From Psilocybe cubensis (Eukaryota): a DNA stretch of 64,000 nt. The stretch's first letter is position 1, and each line of letters starts with the position of its first letter. A program made the position numbers and the translations under genes. The notes beneath the pieces are model-generated. The model worked only from the letters and a program-made list of their open reading frames with translations. It made no database searches and was not told the DNA's origin. Positions 11,204 through 25,246 of the stretch are shown piece after piece. Where the stretch lies: NCBI GenBank assembly GCA_017499595.2, contig CM039002.1:186001-250000 (forward strand), read 5' to 3'.

Positions 11204-12737
11204 GTCTGTCTTTGGGAACGAGAACTTGTCCTGCAATGGTTTTATTAAATATTTTCCTTCACATTGACTAGATTACTAGACAGATTTAACCACGACATTC
11301 TCCTCTGTCGGATCTCTAATTTGATTGACGCTTTTTCGATCATTTGATAGTATACTTAGATACTTCAAGAATGAAACCAGACCAGGGGAGAAAGAGAAGG
11401 TTACAGAAATAGGGTCCGATATACCTTTCACTGAACGACCGCAGCACATGGAGGTAACCTTGATCTTTTCAGACCTCCAGATTGAGTTTAATGATGTTAA
11501 AATTCAAGGTAACTTGGGGTAAGATGAATGGATACGGATGCCATACCAAAAACTAATTTTACTAGACCCAGTCTCATTGATTTGTGCAAATCCTCCAGAT
11601 GGCTCCTATTTTTGACGAGCTTATAACTATCATTAATGCCGAATTCTGATACATTTATGCCTGACTTTCGACAGCCTATGAGAATCCGGACCATAATGCC
11701 AGAACTGAAGCAGGTCACACGTAGTATTTATAGCATTCGATCGTTCTGCCGAGGGGTGATCGCAAGCTATTCCATACTTTTGTTCCTGCTCACTTCCAAC
11801 ATGTGACGTCTGGTATTCTAACTTCTCGAGGGAAAGTGAGATTGTCATGCTCTAAAACCATCAGATTGGTACACTTCTAGATTTTCATAGCATTGAGAAA
11901 TCCGAATGCCTTTCAGAATATCATGTGATTCGATATTTTAAATTTCCCTAGAGTATCACTGAACACTCGCCACTATGATCCTGACCATTGCATAGACTTA
12001 TTCCAGACAGGCATGGTACAAATGTAAAACCTCGATAAAACGAATTCGGGGTTTTATTCACCCTGAATCTGATTGCTAATTGTCGGGGTCTTTCAATACG
12101 AAACATGTGGCTCCCATTGGCGTTAAACCCGTCCTGGGAGTATGAACGCCTACGGTAAAGGCTTTCAAAGAGGATCATTTTATGGCTTTTTCTGGATGTA
12201 AATATTTCCTTGTGATGGTAGCATCCAGTCTAATACGCAAATAATAGAAAATATCTTCCTTTCAAAGACACTGAGCGAAAAAATGAATTTATGGTAACAA
12301 ATGAAAGATTAGCGAGTACCTATATATAAACTGATGTCTGCTGAGATTGACGTGGAATATTAGCCAAGCATTAGAAATAATGCAACAGAACTTCATTGCT
12401 GTTACTGAGCTACGCGTACCCAGTCAAGGCGTTCAGAACAGGTCAAAGATACTTACACGAAGTAAAGTCGTCGTCGTGGAGCCAGACGTTACCAATATGG
12501 TCAGCGTGCTTCTATAGATAAAGAGTTCCGTTAGACTTACTCTGGTTTTGTGATTTAACGGGACCCCGCATTTCCCCCTCCTTTACACTCTTGTCGTCGT
12601 TTGGATGGAGTCAGGATGGAGTTGGCCGTGATCAGTCAGTTGCTTCAGGTTGCTTAGAAAGCAGCTGGCAGTAAGTATATACAGTCACATGACCGCTGGC
12701 CGTCAGGGCGTCGGCATTATCGGCAATTATATTTATC

Positions 12738-13200
12738 GCCCACCTTCAATCCTGCGCTGCGTTGCATTTGAAGTCTCCAACGACATTCATTTGCACAAAT
12801 TTTGTGCTATGTATAAAGTCTACTGAAACGCCAACAAGAATAAATGGCAGGTAGAATACCAGAGATACCATGTCTCCCACTCCTTACTTACCTTTGCAAT
12901 CCTATGATTGTTATTGTCCGACTATCAATGATGAAGTACGAGTATAACTTCCAATCTTCATTGAACATATGGCATCCTGACTATAACGATAGATATATGT
13001 GCCTTAATGGATAAGCATAACCATAAGGGGTCTTCATGGCCCACCTTCCATCCTGTATTGCTCTGCACTTGGTGAACTCAGTAAACATACTTTCATCTGA
13101 GCAGGCCTTTCCATTGTCATCCGTATGAGATACTATGTATAAGTTCTACTGAAACAATAGCAATGATAAATGTGACAGTTATATCATCAGATTCCATAAC
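12738..13200. repeat. Old tandem duplication (period ~300-325 bp) upstream of the P450 gene
   Basis: GCCCACCTTC.ATCCTG at 12738 and 13039; CTATGTATAA..TCTACTGAAAC near 12807 and 13133. Confidence 0.6.
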
Positions 13201-13309
13201 GATCTTTGTTGGCTGATATACAATGATAACCTACAGGTATAAAAGCCAATACTCATACTTGCAATATTCAAACACATCTATCCATCTAATTTCTTCAGAA
13301 TATTGTCAA

Positions 13310-15403
13310 ATGGTGAGGAAAACACTTCACTTTGAAGAGACTGCATCGATCCTCATTACTGGACAGATCTGGCTCTGGCTACTACTCGTTCTTCCCGCAT
13401 ATTTTCTGAGACCCATCTTGCTTCGGCGAGTCATCCGTGACGCGGAAGGGAATCGTTTACCCCCTGGGCCAAACATTTGCTACGCATTTCTTCGAAAGTA
13501 TGCAGAAAGGGCACTGCACGCCTGGGCGGCCCAATATGGATCACTATTTTCTATTTGGATGGGAAGCCAGCTATTCATTGTCGTCTCTGACCCACATGTT
13601 GCAAGAGACCTGCTTGTGCTCAACGGATCGATTTTTTCGACTCGTAAGCGTTACTTTATGAAAAATCAAGTCATCTTAAATGGAAGGGCAATAACCGCAT
13701 CCGAGTACGGAAATAAATGGTACGCATAAAAATTTTAAGGCTGGAGGCTGGATTGCTTATACAAATCCGTGTTGTTACATAGGAGGCAGCACCGCAGATT
13801 GGCTGGTATAGCTCTGAACCCGAAGGCCATGGAGCAATACGCGTCTTTCATGGACTACGAAGCCCATATATTTATCAAATCTCTATACGATGAAGGTGTC
13901 AAAGGCGACAAACCAGTCAATCCTGCCCATTATGCCGGCCGATTCGCATTAAAGTACGTCGAAGTACTCCTTTTGAAACAGGGCTAAAATGTTACTTGTC
14001 TAGTAATATGCTCTTTATGTCTTTTGGAATACGCACCGTGTCTGCTTCGGACCCCCTAGTGGCTACCGCTCTTGACCTTGCGATGGAGTTCATGGATCTA
14101 ACAGGTCAGCTGTTCTGTGTGTGGGTCGATATATATTATTGAACACTCCCAACAGGACCATGGTCAAACTGCGTCGACTTCTTCGAGTTTCTACAATATC
14201 TCCCAACTCAAAAACGGACGCGAGGGCGCATTCTCCATGACTCTCTCATCAATGTCTACGGCGGAATGATCTCAGACTTTAAAGACAAGCTGCGCTCTGG
14301 AAAAGACGTGCCAGACTGTCTTGTCAAGACCCTGCTCGACAACGAGGAAACGGAACATCTGGACTGGGAGGATCTGTGCATGCTCTCCGCGGTGTTCACG
14401 CTGGGCGGTGTGCATTCGGTGAGTCACTTCGACCCGCCTTGTTGGGTTTTGTAATAACTTCACCTGGGCGAATTTTGTTTTTTTTGTAGACTTCCGGAAT
14501 TATACAGTGGTTCCTGGCGCTGATCCCGTCACATCGGGATGTACTGGCACGCGCCCACAAGGAGCTGGATGATGTCATCGGTCGTAGCAGATGGCCAAAC
14601 TTTGAGGACGAATCGAGTCTTCCATATATAAGAGCTATCATCAAAGAGGCAAGTACTTCCTTCAACGGAACATAGTATTCTTATTGATAATTGAGAAATA
14701 CATTGTATTTATCCAGGTTCAACGTGTTCATGCGCCGTTTTGGTTCGCAACTCCGCATTGTTCCTCAGAAGACTTTACGTACAAAGGGATGTATATCCCC
14801 AAAGGCAGTGTGGTTCTGCTAAACTGTTATACCCTGCACCATAACGAGGAGCGATATCCCGACTCGTGAGTTTTCGGACACATTCGTGTCGCTGGCGCTA
14901 ATTCGGGACAGGTTCAAATTTGATCCCGAGAGATACATCGAAGACCCACTCTCCTGCGCAGAATCAGCGAAGCTTCCCGACGTAATGGACCGGGACCACT
15001 GGACATTCGGTGCAGGGTAAGTGATACATATTTCGAACTCTGCAAATGCTTACGGGCGCTCGCTGACCTTTTTCGCGTGTTTTTTTAAAAAAATCTCTTC
15101 GTTGATCCCATCACGCCTCTTGATGCGCACACGTAACATACAACGTACGTGTGAACGAATGGTTGACGGGTTGATAGAAGGAGGATATGCCCTGGGTTGC
15201 CGGCTGCGGAGCGAGAGCTATGGCTTGCCATCTCGCGACTGTTATGGGCGTTCGACTTCCAGGCGCTCCCTGATGAGCCTATCTCGCTTGAGGAGTACGA
15301 GGGCCTGTCCGGGCGGACGCCAATCCCGTTTAGGGTCAGACTCGTGCCTAGATGTGAGCAGGTTGGGAAGATTGTGAGATCTGTAGAGGAGATGGCGTTG
15401 TGA
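13310..15403 (+). CDS. Cytochrome P450 monooxygenase
   Basis: N-terminal TM plus LPPGP, WRQHRR, K-helix EVQR, FDPERY, heme motif FGAG|RRICPG split by an intron near 15017-15178. GC-AG intron at 14649. TATAAAA at ~13238. Confidence 0.95.
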
Positions 15404-17370
15404 TTATTGTTGTTATGTGTTATTATTACCCTCGTTAAGGGTATACCACTTCTACAGAATAACTTATTTTGAGCACTTATTAACAATTCTTGTGAGAGAT
15501 GGAAGCATGAATATATAGATGACTCCCAAAGGGCCCGTGATTTCTGATGCAAAGAAACAAGCACCTTCGGTTTGGCACAACGGTAACGGCATCTGTTTAA
15601 GTCCATTTCTGATTGATTCCATGATATTATCAGCCTTATCTAGAGACGTCTTTTGAGAATCCATGTCTGCCAAAGGCGAATGAAGTGTCGTGACAGATTG
15701 ATCGTTGAAAATAAGAAGCGCTTTATTGTGACTCTTGGTTTTAAAGTCTTTACATTCTGAGAGAAGCAGTGTCGAGGCTGGCATGCACATGGTCCGTGCG
15801 TGGAAGGCAAAAATATACATGTCGAAGGACTCAAGATGGTCGAAGCACCGTTACTTTAGCAATGTATACATATGACACAGACGTATTTGACACAGAGTGG
15901 GCGCACAGAGATAAGTATCTGACATAGTTTGGACGCACAGTAGATAGTAAGTAATTGACGTTAATATGGGCATGGTCGTAGCGTTCATGCATGTATCTGC
16001 TCACGAAGCACAGTTTAACTTGTCTCAGAAGATACACCCGCATGTTCCAGTATTTCGAAATGATGGAACAAGACTCTAGAATATCTCACCATCTCCAAGA
16101 ACTCTGGCATGGCGTCAAAAAGGCGGCGTAGTGCATGCATCGAAATAGACGCAGAGTAACTTATCTTGGTAACCATATACACTGACGGACCGCCATACGT
16201 ATGGTTAGTGAACTGTAACCTCAAGTGAAGATCTTTTTCCAGTGTAATATTTACCTACGGGTTCAAGGAGTGCTTTCAAGGAAGCTGTGTGCGAAAATAA
16301 TTTGCTCAACAATGAAGCCAAGCCGTATATATCTACGAATAAGATAAGATAAGATTGAAAAGTGAAGTTCATCAAACTCCTGCCAGTGTCACGTCTCTTA
16401 TATTACAAGAACCGGTCAGAAGGAATCCAAGTACTTGACGTGGAATGGGCCTACAAGATAAGTACAAAATAACTTGAGATATTATATGTGTAAGGGGCTG
16501 TCAATGCAGTGTATACACATGTATCTGCCTGTTCATTATTATTGAATAAAGCACAATCTAATCAATCTAAAAAAGTGTACTCACATTTTGAATTTCCAGC
16601 ACTTTGGTTTGGATGTCTGCTCCAGACCAGGGTACACAGAATTGTTACTGCGCATGCCAGTGTTCAACTCAATATTCTTGTGAATCCCCGTCATGAACAA
16701 GGTTCTTTGTGAGCACATTTATGCTTCGCATGGTCACCGTATCAAGATGGGTGGATTCCGTGTATCCCTCAATCTCCAAGGAGATTTGGACTATGAATTT
16801 ACTTGCCGTAGATGATCAAGAAATAATCTAAGAGGATAAGTTCATGTTCATTGAAATGTAAGACTCAGTCAGCATTGTAGTTTTATGCCTAGAGAGACTT
16901 GTAGGGTGAACCACCACTTGGTATGGTATGTACAAGTCCTCAGAAGTACATTGCCTGAAATTCTATTTGTTGTCTTATCTCTATAGGATATCATATTATT
17001 TAGTGGCACTATAGCCCACCAAATAGCATGTAGATGTTCAGGAGAGTTGAAAGCACAGCCAAAAAAGGTAACCAAGACTTATTCGTGTAGTTAAAGAAAG
17101 GGATAACAGTGCGCTAATGAAAACATTCATACGAGCAGCAAAAGGTTGGGGAATGTATGAATAATGTGAGGGAACTCTCCTGACTCGCATACAACACCAT
17201 ATTGTTTGTGTCCTCCAAACGGTACTCAAGCATTGACCTCTATATGTCTCAATGCTTTTCATTCACTTTGTCTTTTTACTCAGCTGGAAAGCGGCATCAG
17301 CGGTGGTTTAACTATTGGTTCCGAATCAGTATCTGGATCAGACGGCATTGTGCGGCGTGCAGCATTACCA

Positions 17371-17584
17371 CACTGCTGGCGCTGATACATATTTGATAGA
17401 AAAATATGTATTGGTAATTATGTTTCCTGTTGGTTTTTGACATATTTTTCTCGTATACAGAGTCCGGGGTTACCCAATTAGGGAAGCCCGAAGCCTATAT
17501 TCCAATAAAATATGTCAAAAAAATGTAGGAAACATAATTACTGGGTCTTATTTTCTTTGAAAATATGTATGAGCGCCAGCGGTG
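17371..17584. mobile_element. 214-bp degenerate fold-back MITE, CACTA/EnSpm-like (CACTG...CGGTG)
   Basis: Left arm CACTGCTGGCGCTGATACATATTT..GTAATTATGTTTCCT..TTTTTGACATATTTT is the imperfect reverse complement of the right arm. 3-bp target-site duplication CCA on both sides. Confidence 0.85.
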
Positions 17585-18501
17585 CCAGCAAAAATGTGTA
17601 AATGACAATGAAGCCGACTGTTGCCGGATCCGAGTCAAATGGGAAAATCTGCAACGTGCTCTACTTGGAACACAATGCACAGTGCACATAGACAGACCCT
17701 GTTAATAAGAAGTCCTTCAACTCGAATCTACGACTCCAAAGTCGTGTGTACTCGTTTGGCCAACGTTCGGCAACTGAAGTCAAGTCACGGCACACAATAC
17801 ACGGCCGAACTGATTCATTGTCAGTGTCACGAGTGACATGGTAGAAAGTAGTACGTAATCGTAATCAATTACGTAATTAGATTTGTTCCAAGCCGGCTTG
17901 CTTGCCCGGTTCTTGCTTGCCTTGCCTGTTTACCTGCTTAACTCGTTTAACTCGTTTGCAACCATCTCCTCTACGGGCGACTGCGACAGACGACGGACGA
18001 CTGGCAGGAAGATAACTTTTTCTTGTTTCTGAAATCTGAACTTTGAAGGGTTTTGTTGGAGACTTTAGAGAAAGACGAAGGACAGACGGAGACAGAGACG
18101 GAGACGGAGATTGAGTAACGAAGACGACACCGGAAACGACGACGACGACGAAGACGGTCACCGCATACATTGGATGCTCCCCCCTCTGCTCTGCTGCTGG
18201 ACGTAGTGTTGCATAAAAGTTGAGGATATCGACACGAGGGGACACATACACCGACATTGACGCCGACACGGAAGGGAGAGAGGCGCATATACGAGCTCAG
18301 ACACGTACGGGCGCATACATCTACATCCACACTCACATACTCAGGCGCATACATTCTTGAAATTGATAAATTCCGGAACAACCACCTTCCCCCTTCCCTC
18401 CCTCCCTTTCCCTTCCCTTCACTTTCCCTACATCTATCTACTATAACATATCATAACATATCATAACCCGATCCGACCTAACCATTCGAAAACGAAAAAA
18501 A

Positions 18502-20585
18502 ATGGACAACTTCGCCCCGCTCGAGCCCGTCAAGCTTTACCAACCTACATCCTCATCATCATCGCGGCATTGGTCTACGCCTTCATCGAACTCGAACTAC
18601 AATGGATTCTCCTCGGCATCGACATCTAAATCCCGGACGTCCTTCCCCTATCCCTCGTCCTCTTCCTTTCCCTCCAACACCAGCAACAGAAATAGCACCA
18701 CCCACCCAAAAGGCTTCGCGACCACCCCAATCCCAAGTACAACATCCCCGCTGATAGGTCGCCTCCCGACACATATCCACACGCGCATACTTACATTTCT
18801 GCCTGTGCCGGATGTACCTGCTTATAGTCGGTGCTGTAAGGCGCTTGCTAGGGTTGTTAAGGATGAGAGTAGAGCGGGAGCGTGGGTGGGAAGGTGGGAG
18901 GCGCTTGGTGTTGACGGCGATAGTGATTTTGAAGAGGATGAAGAGGACGAAGAGGGAGAGGGAGAGGGGGAAGAGGGGAACTGGGATGGGGATAGTGATG
19001 AGGAGAATGGGAGGAATGGGTATCAGCAAAACGATGGGAATGGGAAGAAGGTTGGTGTAGGACACAAAAAAAAAGTGAGACGAGAAGAAAACAAACAGAA
19101 GCAAAACAAGCAGAAGAAGAAGAAGAAAGGAAAGCTACATCTGGTCCTTGACATCCTCGAGCAAAAGGCCGCGCACGAGGCTGCGCTTGCGCGTGCGGCA
19201 CTTCCTCCTGTTATACCCGTCGACGTTGCCGATCCTTCTATGAATGGAGATGGCGACGCGGATGGGGACGGTGAGTTTGGGGAGTTCGCTTCAGGGGGTG
19301 TTGGTGTTGGTGGAGATCTGTTTGGAGGGGGTATGGGGATGGCGATGGGGAAAGATGATGAGATGGGGGATTTTGTCGGTGCGAGTTCGAGTTCGACGGG
19401 GACTGGTTCGGGGATGAAGGGATTTGGATTTGGAACGCCTATTTCACCGCGCTTTCCTGCTTCGTTCTCGTCGTTCGGGTTCGGAGGTGCGTTCGGGAGT
19501 CCGCCGCCGCCGTCTGCTTCGATGCACAATGCGAATAAATCCAAATTCAGCGCCAACGACAAGGAAAAAGAGCAGGAGCAGGAGAAATACCGAACCAAGT
19601 ACATTCGTGCACACACCCTGCTGAAGCCGCTTGTGAGTGTGCTTGCGTCTGCGGCGCCGCATACGGTGTTGTCGGAATTGGCGGCGTATATGAGGGAGGC
19701 GGTGGAGGGGTCTGAGATGGAGTTGCTTGATTACGAGGGGGAGGGGGAGGTGTCGATGGCGACGTCTGCGTCTGCGTCTACAACGACGACTAAAACACTC
19801 ACATCTCCAACAACTCCATCTACAAACGCGACTACACCTCCATCCACTCATAAACCTCCCACCTCCCCATCGTCACCCACACACATCTCCCCCCTATACA
19901 TCGACGCACTCACCCTGAAACTTCTCTCCAACTTCCTTTCTCCCGCCGTACAACCTCTCCGCGCCAGCGCCTCCCTGCTGCTCACGCTCAAAGCCGCGAT
20001 GGACCGATTCGACTCGGCGCTATTGGCTAGGTTTGATGTGGCGGATGGGAAGGGGGATGAAGGCGGGATGAGGGAGGCTGCGGCTGCTAGTTGGGTCATA
20101 CGCGATCGCGAAGGGAATGGGAATGGGAATGGGAAAGGAGGGGAAGGGGAGGATTGGGAGATGGGAAAGGTGTGGGCGGAGAAGAGGGAGATTTTTTATC
20201 AGCAGGGCAAGTGGAGGCCTTTGGATAATTTTACGTGCGTCTCTCTCTCTCTCTCTATTTTTTCTCTCTGTTTTGGTTCCATGCGCGTGTTGTTGGTATC
20301 GGTATCGGTATATACGCGTTTTTATTGGTTCCTGCCCTTACATGCCCATTTTTTCATGCCATGTGCTAAGTTCAACCGCTGACGCACATCTAACATCTAA
20401 CATACATCTACGTCTCCACTGCTACACAGCTCGGACAAAGAACTAGATTTCGCAGCGATGGACGCGTTCATGGACGACATTCTCGCTGCTATCCGCGAAC
20501 ATGGCGCGCGGGCTGTACGCGTGTTCCCGCCCCGCTCGAGAGTGATTTTGTTGTTCTCGGAGAGGTTGGCTAATGAGGTGGTATG

Positions 20586-20625
<40 letters not shown>

Positions 20626-23600
20626 GTTTCGGGTCTTTTTTTTGCTTGGATGTGGATGGAAAGCTGATGTCTGCTTTTTTATGTTTCTTTAATCTGTCAA
20701 CAAAATGGGGTATTGGGATGTTGTCCGCGGTGGTGGTGTTTAATTGGTGTATGAATGTGTGCATGTTCACGCGCATGTTTCTTGTTACCTCACTTCTACT
20801 CAACTATGTCATCTTGTCTCTCAACTCTCGTTTATCGTATCGCATCCCCCACCGCTTTTCACCCACACGCACACACGCACGCACACACGCACACACTCAC
20901 GCACACCCTCACACGCACACGCACACGCCCACACTAACATACGAAAATCCACCCAGATATCCGAATATATCCAAACCCTCCTTACACACGCGCGCGAGAT
21001 CTCAACGTCGATATACCTCCGCTCAACAGCCGCGTCGTTTAGAGTTGCTTGGAGGATGGTGGATGCGGTTATGGATGTTGTGCGGGAGGTGTATGGGGGT
21101 GGGAGTGGGAGTGGGAGTGGGAGCTTTGGGGGAGACGGGAAGGGGAAGGGGGGTGGGAAGGGGAGGGAGAGGAGGGGTACAGTTGGGAAGGGGAGTAGGA
21201 TAAGGAGGGGGAGGGGGAAGGAAGTTGTGGGTAGGATTAGAGCTGAGGATGTTATGTGCGTGGTTTTTCATATCTTTTCCTTTTTTCTCTTTTGATCTTT
21301 TTTATATTTTTACAATTTTTTTTTTTTTGGAAAACATTTGCAGATATCAGATGTTCGAGACGAATATGGACGAGTACCTCGATGAGGAGGTGGAAGCTGT
21401 TAAAGGCGCGCTGGATGCCATATGTAAGGGGTGGGACCAAGAGGTGCGTTTTGCTCCATTCACTCAACTCAACTCAACTCAAAAATGTGTACACCGCCGC
21501 GTCATTTTACAAATTCGCGCGTGTATCATATTTCTCTGCAATCATAGGCGTCATACAACCCGAACATCTTCTCCAGCGCCTCCTCTTCTTCCCAACCCTC
21601 CCAGCCAACCCCCTCCTCCCCCTCCCACCTGCAAACCGAACTGCATCAAAACCCCGCAACACTAAAACGCAACGTCCTTGCTTCATTCACCTCGCTTCTC
21701 CTCCTGCCCGTAACGATCGTCCCGCGGACCGTCACCGCCGTCGGCGGGGCCGTAGGCGCTGTGGGCGGGGCTGTTGGAGGAGCTGTGGGTGTTGTAGGTG
21801 GTAAGGCTGTGCAGGGCATAGCGATGCTGAATCCGCAGCGGTGGGGTGGGAGTGGGAGTGGAGGGGGAGGGTATACGGGGGGTGTGAGTACGACTGGGTG
21901 GGGGGCTGGGCGGACGACGTCGGCGGGGGCGGGCACTGGGGCAGGTGGAGATTGGAGTGCAGGTGGGAATGGGAGTGCGAGTGGGGGGTACACGAAGACG
22001 GCTGATTTGAATGGATCTGCGTTGTTTGAGGTTCAGGATGATGATGAGGAGGAGGATGTGGATTTAGGCGCTGGTGGGATTGTTAATGGGCGTGGGAATG
22101 GGAATGGAAATCGGGGTGCAGGTGTGGGTACAGGATTTGGAGAGGATGTATCACCTTGGGGTGATGCCAGTGCAGGCGGGTCGAGATCGTGTATGTGTTT
22201 CTTTCTTTCTTCATCTCTCTCTGATATTATTTTTGTTTCAATCCTTATACATGGAACTTGGCGACTAACTGAATATTAACCTCTTTTCCCCGCTTAATAA
22301 TGTGAACAGTGACCGTGTCGCAGCTCGAGCTGGCGGCGCCATCGTCATCGGTGTCACCTGCACCTCCCGCTCTGACCGAGACAGCACAATCCGCATCCGC
22401 ATCGTCCGGTGTCCACCACCACACGCCATCAAATTCTCAATCAAACTCTTCCCAACCCTCCTCCTCCAACCAGAACCCCGCCAACCAAAACACCAACCTC
22501 TCCTCGAACTCGACTACCCACCAACTCGACCTCCTCCTCTCCCTCGACACCGCGCTCTCCCTCATCCACGCTGACCGCGAGTCCCTCAAGCGCGTCGAGA
22601 CGTTCTCTGGATACCCGGGCCACTACGGGCATCGCGTGCGGGATACGATGGAGGAGGTGTTTGTCCTGCTTTTGGGAGCTGTTGGGGAGGGGCATGTTGT
22701 TAGGGGATTTGAGCGGTGCGTTTTTCTTTTCTTGTTTTTGCAATTTTTTTGATTTTTGGGTTTTGCCCTGCATTGTACTGACGCACCGCGCGGTGTATAG
22801 AGCGACGGAACGGATGAAAGCGTACAAGCCTGCGGAGCACGAGGCAACGACGAGCGTCGCACCGCTCGTGCAGTTTTTCGAGCTGGTGCATATTGGAGAT
22901 ACGATACAGAGTATTGTGCAGGTGTATTTTGACAAGGAGCTCGTAAGTCCTCTACACTTTTCTTTTCTTTCCCAAACAGCAAAATAATGAAAATGAAAAT
23001 ATCAACGCCTTTTGCTAGGCGCATCATATTGACAAAACGGACTTTTTGAACACGGTTGTGAGAGAGAAGAAGCGGTTTGAGAATATGCTGGATGATTCGG
23101 TCGCTGCGGGGCTTAATGCTGGGACGGAGGTGCTCATGAATCAGGTGCGTTTGCAAGTTATTATCGGTTTGGATACTCGTATTGAGGGCGTCACGTCATT
23201 TCTTTTTCGTTAACCCTCCGCCCCCACCATTCTGAACGATTAATGTCCTTCAAAAAATACGACACGCGACATCCCCCTCACCCACCCTACACCCTACATC
23301 CCACAAATCCATACGCACGCACGCACAGGTCGAGCACATAATCCTCACACTCACCCGCCCACGCGAATACTACCCTCCCGAAGACGCGCCTCTCGAGCTC
23401 GGTCCTACACGCGGCTGCACCGAAGCGATCCGGTGCCTCGAGACGCACTGTAAGCTTTTGAAGGGGAGTACAAGTAAGGAGGTGCTGGAGGTGTTTTATA
23501 TGGAGGTTGGGTTAAGGTTGATTGGGTGAGTTTGAGTTTTTTTGGTTTATTTTTGTGTTTTTTGGCGGGTTGAGTTTGGTGTTTTGTGTGTTGCTGATTG

Positions 23601-25246
23601 AACGGGTGCGACAGGATCCTGCAGAAACATATCAAGAGGCAGATAATCTCGCTCAGTGGTGGGTTCCAGGTTATCGCGGATTTGAACGCGTATGGCGCGT
23701 TTATCGCGTCGCTCAAGGTGCGTAAAAATTTTTTTGATTTCTTCCTTTTTCCCCTTTCCATTTGTTGGTGTTTTCTTTGGTGTTTTTTTTTTTTGCTTTT
23801 TTCATCGGATGCTGCATGTTGCATCATCATATGTCTATCATCATTTGTGTATCATCATCATCATCACCTAACCCAACCGCATTCATTTCGTCTTTATCCC
23901 CCGCTTCTTCTTCGGTACCCCATTTCTTCGCATCCTCGCATCCGATGAGATTCTGCGTCTTTTTCGCTTTTCGTGTCACGTCTGCGCTACACTACGTACG
24001 CGGCCGGGCGGGGGTCACCCGTGCCCGAAGAGTTTTGATCGACCCTTCGAAGCCCCTCTGTCACTAGATGCTCTGGTACTCTGGTGCTTTGGTGCTTTGG
24101 ATGACACCGGGTTCACTACCGTGCCGTCGGACTGTCGGGAAACCGGTGTTAATGATGGGAAGGGTCGAGGGTCGAGGGTCCGAGGGTCGAGGCGATTGGG
24201 GTATTGGGGTCTGATGGAGGATGATAGCTGAACTGATGCGATGGACGGATGAGGACAGGGGTGTGGGGTGTTTACACCCCCGTACATCCGTGTTCCCGAT
24301 GTTTAATCTTAACGATGATGGGTGATGGGTGATGGATGTCGATGCGGATAACGAATGTGGATGACGGACGGTGATTGACGCTGGTCTCGATTATGATGAT
24401 ATTTTGCCGACCAGCCCCGGCGGTGGTATCTTTCTTTCCTGTACTTTCATTCGTTCGTTCGTTCGTTCGTTCAGTTTGATGATGATGATGATGCATGCAT
24501 GCTGTATGCCGCTTGGCGTTTGTGTTTCCTTCCTTTTTCTTTCTCTTCTTTCGATAATGTCAATGGTATGAAGTGATGCTGACGTTGTCTGTCCATTTTG
24601 CTCTTCCCTCTGTCTCTCTCGCTCTCAATTTTCTCGACTTCTCTCTCTTGGTGCTCGGTGTGATTGTACTTGCATGTCGGGGTTTCGTTTGCTGCGTATG
24701 AATGTGCTACATGTGCACATCTTGCGGCTTACACCTTGCTTTGCACCATCCATTTCCCTGCCCATCTTACCCTTTTACATTTACACTTTACCCCACCCCA
24801 CCCCCACTCTATCTCAAACACCGCAAACAATCGGACAACACACAACGCACAACACACAACACACAACACACACGTACCCAGATCCCGGCGCTCACGGCCG
24901 ACTTTTCGCACCTCAAGATGCTCGGACACGTCTACGTCGTCGAGGACGCCAAGGATCTAGCGCAGATCGTGAAGGATGTGGCGCGGTATGGTGGGGCGTA
25001 TCGGCCAGAGGTGCGTATTGTCTCGCCATTTTTTTGTTCTTTGTGTAGCCCCGTGCCTTTGTGTTCTGTTATTTCTCTTTTTCTTTGCTTGCCTTTGTCA
25101 GTGTGGATATGTGGCATAGGACTGACGTGAAATGATAGGACGTGTACGAGTTCATCCAACGCCGTTCGGACTGGAAGAAGATTGAGAAGACGGTAGATAA
25201 GACGATGTATAATCTTAGCTTCAAGGAGGACTGTACGATCTGTTAA
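18502..25246 (+). CDS. RCY1: Recyclin-1 (F-box plus Sec10-like domain, C-terminal CaaX), about 12 exons
   Basis: F-box IGRLPTHIHTRILTFLPVPDVPAYSRCC; LVQFFELVHIGDTIQSIVQVYF; EKKRFENMLDDSVAAGLNAG; GGFQVIADLNAY; C-terminus DVYEFIQRRSDWKKIEKTVDKTMYNLSFKEDCTIC*. Confidence 0.92.
20589..20624 (+). repeat. 36-nt poly(T) tract in an RCY1 intron
   Basis: Uninterrupted T run just after a GTATGT donor. Confidence 0.95.

Noticed and set aside
15464..17300. Short minus-strand ORFs downstream of the P450
   Set aside because: No recognisable domain or consistent splice model; may be decayed sequence but cannot be supported.
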